A DNA stretch of 64,000 bases from an uncultured Acidobacteriota bacterium (lineage in GTDB: Bacteria > Acidobacteriota > Vicinamibacteria > Vicinamibacterales > SCN-69-37): the NCBI GenBank assembly GCA_963738485.1, contig CAVTWK010000005.1:388690-452689 (forward strand), written 5' to 3'. The position numbers and the translations under genes are program-made. Each line of letters opens with the position of its first letter. Position 1 is the first letter of the stretch. The notes under the pieces are model-generated. The model was not told where the DNA came from. It worked only from the letters and a program-made list of their open reading frames with translations, and ran no database searches. Of the stretch, positions 28,331 to 36,008 are shown one piece after another.

Positions 28331-29030
28331 AACAGACGGCGGACAGCCTACGGTGGACGGCTCACGGACGACGGCTCACGGGCTACGGCGGACAGGCTAC
28401 CGCCGACGGCCTACGGGCCACGGCTCACAGGCTACGGCAGACAGACGACGGCTCACCAGCTACGGCCTACGGCAAACAGGCTACAGACGACGGACGACGG
28501 ACGACGGGGGACGGCAGACAGAACACGGCTCACCGGCTACGGACGACGGCCAACAGGCTACGGACGACCGCCTACGGCCTACGGCCCACAGATACGGACG
28601 ACGGACCACCGCAGACGGGCTACGGTGGACGATCGCGGCTCACTGGCTACTGCCTACGGCTCACGGGCTACCGCAAACAGGTTACAGACGACGGACGACG
28701 GGAGACCGCAGGCCGGCTCCGGTGGACAGCAAACGGCTCACGGGCGACGGCAGACGGACGACGGCTCACGGGCTACTGCCGACAGAACACGGCAGACAGG
28801 CTACGGACGACGACGGACGACGGGAGACAGCCTACGGCGGACGGCTCACGGGCTACTGCGGACAGCAGACGGCTCACGGGCTACTGCCTCACGGCAAACA
28901 GGCTTCGGACGACGGACGACGGACGAAGGACGACAGGCTACCGGGGACTACGGCAGACGGGCCACGGCGGACGGGCTACGGCCTACGGCACACAGGGTAC
29001 GGACGGGAGACAGACGACCTGCGGTTCACG
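28331..29030. repeat. heptanucleotide array, ACGGNNN orientation, about 100 units
   Basis: It parses in register as acggcgg acagcct acggtgg acggctc acggacg acggctc acgggct acggcgg... with only occasional 1-nt register slips. Confidence 0.9.
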
Positions 29031-29039
29031 GCATAGGTG

Positions 29040-29160
29040 TGGACCTGGACGTCAGCTCCGGGACTTGCGCGAGCGTAGCGAAGCTGCGGGACTTCAGCGT
29101 CAGTTCCGGGACTTCTGCGAAGCCTGAGAAGTGAGGCGAAGCCCCCGGGACTTCTGTCCC
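29040..29160. repeat. GGGACTTC-core repeat cluster (4 units)
   Basis: ctccgggacttgcgcgagc..., gctgcgggacttcagcgtcag, ttccgggacttctgcgaagcc, cccccgggacttctg. It lies directly beside the big heptamer array. Confidence 0.75.
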
Positions 29161-30954
29161 TACACATCCAGCCCGATCGATCGCATGAGCGCCACGGCGT
29201 TGCTCGTCTGCACGACGCCGGGACGAAGGCGGTAATCGAATGTCATCACTCCGTCGCTGAACTGGTCTTCGAGGTGCATGTTCGTCGCCTTCTCGCCGAG
29301 TTGATCTGCGATGGCGCCGAGCGCCAGATCGTGGGTGGTGACGATGCCGACCGCGGCCTTCGCAATGAGGCCGGTGAGGAGCGCGGCAGCACCCTGGCGG
29401 CGATCGTGGGAGTTGGTGCCCGAGAGGATCTCGTCGAGCAGGAACAGCGCGTGCCCATCGTGCGCGTCCACCAGATCGACGATGGCCTTGAGGCGTGTGA
29501 TCTCTGCGTAGAACCGCGACTTGCCATCCGTGAGCGAGTCGTTCACGCGGATGGACGCGCCGATGGCCAGCCGCGTGAGCGTGAACGAGGAGGCCCGCAC
29601 CGGCGCACCCATCTGGGCCAGCACGACATTCAGCCCGAGGGCGCGCATCAGCGTGCTCTTGCCAGACATGTTGGATCCACTCACGACGAGCAGCTGCGGA
29701 TCGGCGCCGCGACCGCCGAGGCTGACGTCATTGGCGACCGCCGACCGCGGCAGCAGGGGATGGGCCATGCCCAGCGCCGCCACGTGGGCGGGGCCGTCAA
29801 CGATCGTCGGATAGACGTGATCCGGATGCTCAGCCGCGAAGGCCCCGAGCGCGAGGAGGGCGTCGAACTCGCCGATGACGTCGAGCCAGCGGGGCACGTC
29901 GGTTGAGAGCCGCGTGCGCCAGGCGTCGATGGCCAGCGCCATCTGCGTGCCCCAGAAGACGATGGCCGCCGGGATGGCCACGATGATGTTGCTGCGCGAG
30001 GCGAGGAGCGCGCCCAACTGGTCGAGTCGTCCGATCTCAGCGGACGCGGGACGATGCGTACGCGCCAGCGCTTCCCGCAGCGCCTGCAGCCGCGGGCTCG
30101 TGAAGTGCTCGTGTTCGACGACGCGCAGCAGCGAGGCGAAGAGATCGAGGTCATGGGCTGCTTCGTCCACCGTGCCGATGATGACGGACACGCGCGGGCG
30201 CAGGAACAGCACCCAGGCGATCTGGATCACGAGCAGCACCGCGACCGATCGCGCGAACCAGACCGGCAGGTCGCCGTAGTACCAGGCCGCGAACGACCGT
30301 GGGGAGCACCACGGCCGACGCGAGCGCCATCGCGACGCGCGGCCACGGACGCGCCAGGATCGGCGGGGCCGCGGCCCAGGTGCGGAGCCGCGCCGCGTCG
30401 ATGCCGGCGCGCGGCAGGCCGTCGCCGGCCACCGCCATCGCTTCGCGCAAGTCGTGTCGCGCGGTGAGCTCGCGAACGGCCGCCTGCCGCTCCAGCAACT
30501 GGGCCGGGTCGGCCGGCGCAAGCAGCCAGCGTGTCAGCGTCTCCTGGCCCGCCTGCGTGCGCGTCGTCGCCAGCAGCTCAAACAGGCTGCCGCGGCCGAA
30601 GAGGTCGAGGTCCTCGGAGTAGAGATGCGCCTCGGGCCGGAAGCGCTCCCCGGGGTCCCCGTGGCCGATCCAGTCGTCGCCGATCCGGCGCAGGCCGCGC
30701 TCGTAATAGGTCGCGGCTGAACGCGCGCGGTCGCGCGCGGCGAGGACCCTGGCATGGTAGACCGCGATGACGATGAACGCCACGGCTGCGGCGAGGGCGA
30801 CCGGCAGGCCGCTCCAGCCTGAGATGAAGAGCGCGGCGCCCGCAAGGCCGACCAGCCCCAGGCGCAGGTACGCGACCTGGCCATGACGCCGATCCCGCTG
30901 GGCCGCCACCTGCCGAAGCTCGGCGAGCCGGGTTTGATATTGGCGCTCAATCAA
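29160..30954 (-). pseudogene. membrane-associated MutS-related protein (MutS domain V ATPase), frameshifted as assembled
   Basis: The C-terminus has Walker A SGSNMSGKSTLMRALG, Walker B LFLLDEILSGTN and TTHDL. The N-terminal half has TM helices (VAYLRLGLVGLAGAALFISGWSGLPVALAAAVAFIVIAVY). The join is near 30293. The start is either TTG 30954 or the upstream ATG 31068 inside a repeat element. Confidence 0.75.
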
Positions 30955-30955
30955 C

Positions 30956-30995
30956 GGGGTCGTACCTCGAGTATGGAAAACTCCATCGCCCTTCA
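30956..30995. repeat. half copy (single arm) of the GGGGTCGTACCTCGAG... palindromic element
   Basis: ggggtcgtacctcgagtatggaaaactcc matches the arm of the full elements at 31021 and 31125. It abuts the TTG 30954 start of the MutS-related gene. Confidence 0.7.
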
Positions 30996-31020
30996 CTCTG
31001 ACGCATTCGGCGAGTGTCCA

Positions 31021-31103
31021 GGGGGCGCACCTCGTCTGTGGAAAACTCCGGGGACCTCGATCACCCATGTCCCCGGAGTTTCCCACAGACGAGGTGCGAC
31101 CCC
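31021..31103. repeat. REP/MITE-like palindromic element, 35-nt arms, 13-nt loop
   Basis: GGGGGCGCACCTCGTCTGTGGAAAACTCCGGGGAC ctcgatcacccat GTCCCCGGAGTTTCCCACAGACGAGGTGCGACCCC, with two arm mismatches. Confidence 0.85.
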
Positions 31104-31124
31104 TTAGTCTGTGACAGTGTCTAG

Positions 31125-31207
31125 GGGGTCGTACCTCGAGTGTGGGAAACTCCGGGGACATGGCAGAACGAGGTCCCCGGAGTTTTCCACACTCGAGGTA
31201 CGACCCC
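31125..31207. repeat. REP/MITE-like palindromic element, 35-nt arms, 13-nt loop (opposite loop orientation)
   Basis: GGGGTCGTACCTCGAGTGTGGGAAACTCCGGGGAC atggcagaacgag GTCCCCGGAGTTTTCCACACTCGAGGTACGACCCC, with one G:T mismatch. Confidence 0.85.
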
Positions 31208-31927
31208 GTCGCCGCGATCTTCGATCTCGATGGCACCCTGACCGACAACATGCCCTGGCACGCACGCGCCTTCGAGGTCTTCATGCGCCGGCACGGGCTG
31301 CCTCCGCTGACGATGGAGCTACGGCGCCGGCTCGACGGCAAGCGCAACGACGAGATCATGCCGGTATTGTTCGGGCGCGATCTCACGGCCGACGAGCAGC
31401 GCGATCTCGCGCACGAAAAGGAGACGCTCTACCGCGAGACCGCCGCGGGCCAACTCGAGCCGATGCCCGGGTTGCTGGCGTTGCTCGACGCGCTCGAGGC
31501 CCGCGAGATCCCCGTCGCGGTCGCGACATCCGGCCCCCGTGAGAACGTCAGCTACTCCCTGCGCGAGATCGGTCTGGCCGATCGCATCACCGTCATCGTT
31601 CGTGGCGACGAGGTGCCGCACGGCAAGCCGGCACCGGACATCTATCTGCGCGCGGCTGAACTGCTCGGCGTCGATCCGGCGCGCTGCCTGGGCTTCGAGG
31701 ACGCCCCAGTCGGCGTCGAAGCCATCGTCCGCGCCGGTATGCGCTGCGTGGCCCTCACGACGTCCTTCGACGCGGCCGTCTTCTCTCAGGCGGCGGTGCC
31801 GCCGCACGTGATCTATCGCGACTTCGACGGTTATCTGGCGGCCGAAGGTGCGTGGCTACGGGCGCTCGCGGGCACGGCGCCCCTCACCAGCAGCGCGCGT
31901 CGCGCTTCCGAGAAGACGCTAGACTGA
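31160..31927 (+). CDS. HAD-superfamily hydrolase (beta-phosphoglucomutase-like)
   Basis: Motif I FDLDGTLTDN, motif II VATSG, and motifs III/IV GKPAPDIY...GFEDAPVGVEA. The only canonical in-frame start is ATG 31160, in the loop of a palindromic element. Confidence 0.85.
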   Translation: MAERGPRSFPHSRYDPVAAIFDLDGTLTDNMPWHARAFEVFMRRHGLPPLTMELRRRLDGKRNDEIMPVLFGRDLTADEQRDLAHEKETLYRETAAGQLEPMPGLLALLDALEAREIPVAVATSGPRENVSYSLREIGLADRITVIVRGDEVPHGKPAPDIYLRAAELLGVDPARCLGFEDAPVGVEAIVRAGMRCVALTTSFDAAVFSQAAVPPHVIYRDFDGYLAAEGAWLRALAGTAPLTSSARRASEKTLD

Positions 31928-31953
31928 TCGCACGCGATCCACCCGGAAGACAC

Positions 31954-32796
31954 ATGGCCCGACTGCGTCTGGTCCTTGCTGCTGCGGGAGCCATCTCGAT
32001 CTGCGTCGTCGCTGTATCAGTCTGCGCTGCGGAGCGTGCGCCTGCTCAATCAGGTCGCGGGCTGGCGACGCCGACCGTCACCGGAACCGTCGCCTATCGT
32101 GAGCGCATCGCGCTGCCCCCGAACGCCGTCGTCGAGGTCACACTCGAAGATGTGTCGCGCGCCGATGCGCCGGCCGAGGCCATCGGCCGAGCGCGCATAC
32201 CTTCACCTGGCCAGCTGCCTGTTGGCTTCGTGATTCCCTACCAGTCGGCGGACATCGTGGCGAGCCATCGATACGTCGTGCGCGGACGGATCACGGTCGA
32301 CGGGAAGTTGTTGTTCACGTCCGATCGGGTCACACCGGTGCTGGGACCGAACCCCACCTCCGGCGTCGCGCTGGTGCTCGTCCGCGTGCCGCCGCCCCCA
32401 CCGCCCCCTCCGCCCGCGCCGCCCCAGGCGCCGACACCGCCGGCCATGCCGCCCCCGCATGAGAACCGCGACTGGCGCGCCGTGCGTATCGGCGACCGCG
32501 TGCTCGGCCCGAAGGACACGCTCAATCCGGTCACGCTGATGCTGGACGCGGCCACGAGCCGCGCGAGCGGCGGGTCGGGATGCAACCGCTTCACGGGTCC
32601 GTATCAGACGCGGAACAACACCCTGACCTTCGGCGCGCTGGCCGGCACGCGGATCGCGTGCCCGTCGGGGATGGATGTGGAGTCCGCGTTTCTGAAGGCG
32701 CTCGAGGGCGTGCGCCGATGGCGCATCGTCGAGGGGCACCTGGAGTTGCTGACCCAGACGGGGACGCGCCTATTGGTCTTCGAGGCGGCGAAGTAG
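31954..32796 (+). CDS. YbaY-like lipoprotein domain + poly-Pro linker + META/HslJ domain protein
   Basis: Signal MARLRLVLAAAGAISICVVAVSVCAA. YbaY-like VTGTVAYRERIALPPNAVVEVTLEDVSRADAPA. Linker PPPPPPPPPAPPQAP. META block GGSGCNRFTGPYQT...GTRIACP. Confidence 0.75.
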   Translation: MARLRLVLAAAGAISICVVAVSVCAAERAPAQSGRGLATPTVTGTVAYRERIALPPNAVVEVTLEDVSRADAPAEAIGRARIPSPGQLPVGFVIPYQSADIVASHRYVVRGRITVDGKLLFTSDRVTPVLGPNPTSGVALVLVRVPPPPPPPPPAPPQAPTPPAMPPPHENRDWRAVRIGDRVLGPKDTLNPVTLMLDAATSRASGGSGCNRFTGPYQTRNNTLTFGALAGTRIACPSGMDVESAFLKALEGVRRWRIVEGHLELLTQTGTRLLVFEAAK

Positions 32797-32805
32797 GCGG
32801 GCGCG

Positions 32806-33804
32806 GTGGACAGGTATCCGCCCATGCCTGCCGGGTATCGCGCGCATGTCCTGACGCTGCTGGCCGCCGGTGCTGTCGCGTACGCCATCGGCATCCCTGC
32901 CGCGCAAGAGCCACCGCAGATTCAGCAGACCTTCCGAGCGGGCGTCGAACTCACCGTCGTCGAAGTCACCGTGCGCGGTCGCGAAGGTCGGCTCCTGACC
33001 GGCCTTGGTCGCAGTGATTTCCAGGTCAGCGAACGAGGGCGCACGCTCGAAGTGGAGCAGTTCTCGATCGATCGCCAGCCGGTCTCAGCCGTCCTCATGG
33101 TGCAGACCGCCGGCGAGCTTGATCTTCATCGCGATGTCGCGACCACGTTCGTGGACGCGCTGGGAGAGGGCGACCGACTCGCGATAGGCACCTACGGGCT
33201 CGAGGTCTCGGTCAGTCCGCACCTGACGGCGGACCGCACGATCCTGCGTCGAGTCCTGGCGGAGGAGCTCTGGCCGGGTTGGTGGCTGGACACCTTCCCG
33301 ACCGCTGTCGTTCGCAGTGTCGCAGCCCTGCCGGTCGCCGCGCGCCGTCGTGCCGTGATCGCGGTCGGCCTGACCTCACTTGCCGTCGCTCGCGACGGCT
33401 GGCTGCGACATGTGTCCGTCGGCGACGCGAGGCAGGCGGCGATCGACGCCGAGACGATGGTGTACGGCGTTGCCACTGGGGCGGGCTACGACCGGATACA
33501 GGGACGATTCGTGGACACCTGGGAGCCGAAATCGCCGGGTCCCGAGACGCGCTTCTTCACGGACGGCGTCATGCTCGATCTGGCCAAGGAGACCGGGGGC
33601 GGGTACGTCCGTTCCAAGGACCTGACGCCGGATCCGGCCTGGCCTCGGGTCGCGGCCGACGCGCTCGACGAAGTCCGGACACGCTATGTCGTCGGGTTCC
33701 GTCCCGCCGTGGCAGGTGATACGAAGGACGTGCGCATCCGAGTAGGAATTCCGGGCGCGTCGGCGTATGTCATCAGAACTCGCGCGAGCGGAGGCGGTCG
33801 GTGA
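32806..33804 (+). CDS. VWFA-related acidobacterial-type domain protein
   Basis: FRAGVELTVVEVTVRGREGRLLTGLGRSDFQVSERG is the typical N-terminal module of this family. It overlaps the next paralog by 4 nt. Confidence 0.75.
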   Translation: MDRYPPMPAGYRAHVLTLLAAGAVAYAIGIPAAQEPPQIQQTFRAGVELTVVEVTVRGREGRLLTGLGRSDFQVSERGRTLEVEQFSIDRQPVSAVLMVQTAGELDLHRDVATTFVDALGEGDRLAIGTYGLEVSVSPHLTADRTILRRVLAEELWPGWWLDTFPTAVVRSVAALPVAARRRAVIAVGLTSLAVARDGWLRHVSVGDARQAAIDAETMVYGVATGAGYDRIQGRFVDTWEPKSPGPETRFFTDGVMLDLAKETGGGYVRSKDLTPDPAWPRVAADALDEVRTRYVVGFRPAVAGDTKDVRIRVGIPGASAYVIRTRASGGGR

Positions 33805-34784
33805 GGGCGTTGGCGGTCGGCGCCGCGGCGCTCATGGTGCTGGGCTGGCAGCAGCCGCCGGGCCAGTCGTCGAACGACACCCGGACTGTTGAGATCATCG
33901 TCCACGACGACCAGATGCGTCCCGTGACGCAGTTGCGGTCAGACGACGTCACGCTCGCGGTGGATCGCGTACCGCGCGTCGTCGAGGCCATCACGCGCGC
34001 CGAAGACCCCCTGTCGATGGTCCTGCTCGTCGATATGTCACAGAGCATGACGTACGGAGCCGACCTTCCCGAGTCCCGAGGGTCCGATTGGTGGGGCACG
34101 GGCGTGCTAGCTCTCTTCGATGGCATCGAGGGCGCGTTGCCCAGACGCCTGCCGTCTGGAGACCGTGCACGCATCGGCCGGTTCGCTGGAGGCATGCTGG
34201 CTTTGAGCGAAAGACTGACCGCGGATCCCGACGAGCTGAAGCAGGCCGCCCGTCGCGTGCTGACGCTCTCCGACATCGATGTTGACGATCGCAAGGGACC
34301 CTCACCGACGATGGACGCGGTGGCTCGTACGGCGGCGACACTGGCGAACGAGCGGGGCCGGCGCGCGGTCCTGCTCTTCACGGATGGCGAGTCCTCAGGC
34401 AATCGTCGCAGCCTCGAGAACACCGCGCGCGAACTGGCTGCACTCGGGGTGCCTGTGCACGTGATGATGGAGGTCTTCGGCGGCACACAGGATCGGGGGG
34501 TATTCAATCGCAGCAGATTCCCGTCGGACTATCAGCCCGATCGGTTGATGCGTCCGCTTGCGGCGATGACCGGTGGGCTGCTGCTTCAGGACGATCGGCA
34601 GACTCGCACTTCCTGGGGCTTCACGACCCCGGCGCCGCCGTTCGAGCGGCTGTTCGCCGTCCTCCACAGCGCCTATCGCCTCAGCTTTTCTGCCGCCGGC
34701 GTCAGCGACGACGCGACGGTTGAAGTGACGTCGAAGAATCCGAAGCACCGCGTGCACGCCGCGCGGTGGCTCCGAGCGCGGTAA
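33801..34784 (+). CDS. VWFA-related acidobacterial-type domain protein (paralog)
   Basis: VEIIVHDDQMRPVTQLRSDDVTLAVD, then a VWA-like MIDAS region LLVDMSQSM and LLFTDGESSG. Confidence 0.75.
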   Translation: MRALAVGAAALMVLGWQQPPGQSSNDTRTVEIIVHDDQMRPVTQLRSDDVTLAVDRVPRVVEAITRAEDPLSMVLLVDMSQSMTYGADLPESRGSDWWGTGVLALFDGIEGALPRRLPSGDRARIGRFAGGMLALSERLTADPDELKQAARRVLTLSDIDVDDRKGPSPTMDAVARTAATLANERGRRAVLLFTDGESSGNRRSLENTARELAALGVPVHVMMEVFGGTQDRGVFNRSRFPSDYQPDRLMRPLAAMTGGLLLQDDRQTRTSWGFTTPAPPFERLFAVLHSAYRLSFSAAGVSDDATVEVTSKNPKHRVHAARWLRAR

Positions 34785-34807
34785 GGGCTGGAGCGCGACG
34801 CTCTGCG

Positions 34808-34993
34808 TCAGGGCTCTGGTACTCCAAGATCCCGACAGATCTTGCGCGCGAGGCTGTCGTTGATTTCGGCGTGGCGGGGCACGGTCGAGCTGCGACGGAG
34901 AGCGGGATTCACGTACACGGAATGTCGGGCCCCTTCGCGCCGCAGCAAACACTTGTGCTCCTCGAGGTGCCGCACAAGCGCCCGTCGCTTCAC
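34808..34993 (-). CDS. hicA: HicA-family mRNA-interferase toxin
   Basis: The 61-aa product MKRRALVRHLEEHKCLLRREGARHSVYVNP...VPRHAEINDSLARKICRDLGVPEP fits the HicA pattern. Local GC is lower than in the flanks. Confidence 0.85.
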   Translation of the reverse strand: MKRRALVRHLEEHKCLLRREGARHSVYVNPALRRSSTVPRHAEINDSLARKICRDLGVPEP

Positions 34994-35211
34994 GCGCCGA
35001 CCTTGATTGGCTCTCGAATGACCTCGCTGCCGCTGGAGGTTTCTTCAATCAGATCGCGATTAGCCTCCAGGAGCAGGGCGATGGCGTCCTGGAGGTTCTC
35101 TCGGGTCTCCTGGAGCGTCGCACCTTGCGTATTTGCCCCTGGCAGCTCCTCGACGAAGCCGATGTAGCCTTCCGGCACCTTCTGGAATACCGCCGTCAGT
35201 TCTAGGGCCAT
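34990..35211 (-). CDS. hicB: HicB-family antitoxin (UPF0150 fold only)
   Basis: MALELTAVFQKVPEGYIGFVEELPGANTQGATLQETRENLQDAIALLLEAN, with a 4-nt overlap with hicA. The ORF-track start at 35253 is less likely. Confidence 0.8.
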   Translation of the reverse strand: MALELTAVFQKVPEGYIGFVEELPGANTQGATLQETRENLQDAIALLLEANRDLIEETSSGSEVIREPIKVGA

Positions 35212-35301
35212 GCCACTATCATACGGTCCGATGTAACTGCCGAACGCGGTCACCTCGCCGTTGCCCTCGGCGTCAAGCGGGTCGCCCCCTGCGTCGATCT
35301 T

Positions 35302-35347
35302 GGGGTCAGACCGGGGTCAGACCATGGTCTGACCCCGGTCTGACCCC
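35302..35347. repeat. perfect 46-bp palindrome (2x GGGGTCAGACC, AT centre, 2x GGTCTGACCCC)
   Basis: ggggtcagaccggggtcagaccatggtctgaccccggtctgacccc, in the divergent hicB / ECF sigma intergenic region. Confidence 0.85.
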
Positions 35348-35417
35348 AGCCGGATGACAACCGCGGTTTCCCAATACCTCCGAGGTATTTGCCCGAGGGG
35401 TTACCATCGCCGCGACC

Positions 35418-36008
35418 ATGACCGACGCGGACGCGACCTGGGACTCGACGCTCACGCTGCTGACCCGGGCGCGGTCTGGCGACCAGGATGCCCTCAGCGA
35501 TCTCTTCGCCCGCTATCTCCCTCTCCTGCGGCGCTGGGCGCGCGGCCGTCTGCCCCGGTGGGCCCGCGATGTGACCGACACGCAGGACCTTGTGCAGATC
35601 ACCTTGCTCCAGACGTTTACGAAGATGGACGGCTTCGAGCATCGAGGCGAAGGGGCATTTCAGGCGTACCTGCGGCAGGCGCTGATGAATCGGATTCGCG
35701 ATGAACTGCGGCGCGCCGGCCGTCGGCCGGCCCCGGCGCCGCTCGACGAGGAGGCGGCCGATCCCGGCCTCTCGCCGCTCGAGGCCGCGATCGGCGCCGA
35801 GGCCGTCGAGCGCTACGACGCCGCGCTCGAACGGTTGACGGCCGCCGAGCGCGAGCTCATCGTCGCGCGCGTCGAGCTGGGGCTGACCTACGCCGAGGTG
35901 GCCGCGGCCACAGGCAAGCCGTCACCGAACGCCGCCCGCATGGCCGTCGTGCGCGCGCTCATGAGACTGGCGGAGGAGATTCGTGACCCAGGCACCCTGG
36001 CTGAATGA
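35418..36008 (+). CDS. ECF-type RNA polymerase sigma factor
   Basis: Region 2 (DTQDLVQITLLQTFTKMDGFEHRGEGAFQAYLRQALMNRIRDELRR) and region 4 (ERELIVARVELGLTYAEVAAATGKPSPNAARMAVVRAL). Confidence 0.9.
   Translation: MTDADATWDSTLTLLTRARSGDQDALSDLFARYLPLLRRWARGRLPRWARDVTDTQDLVQITLLQTFTKMDGFEHRGEGAFQAYLRQALMNRIRDELRRAGRRPAPAPLDEEAADPGLSPLEAAIGAEAVERYDAALERLTAAERELIVARVELGLTYAEVAAATGKPSPNAARMAVVRALMRLAEEIRDPGTLAE

Noticed and set aside
28188-29134. ORF-track proteins of 282 aa and 169 aa with TAYGRR/TGYGRR-like repeats over the heptamer array. Similar ORFs occur at 9593..10078, 9902..10408, 13321..13791 and 39233..39484.
   Set aside because: The underlying DNA has a period of 7, not 3. All three frames give equally repetitive Arg/Gly/Thr strings, and there is no start context. 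These ORFs are by-products of the repeat.
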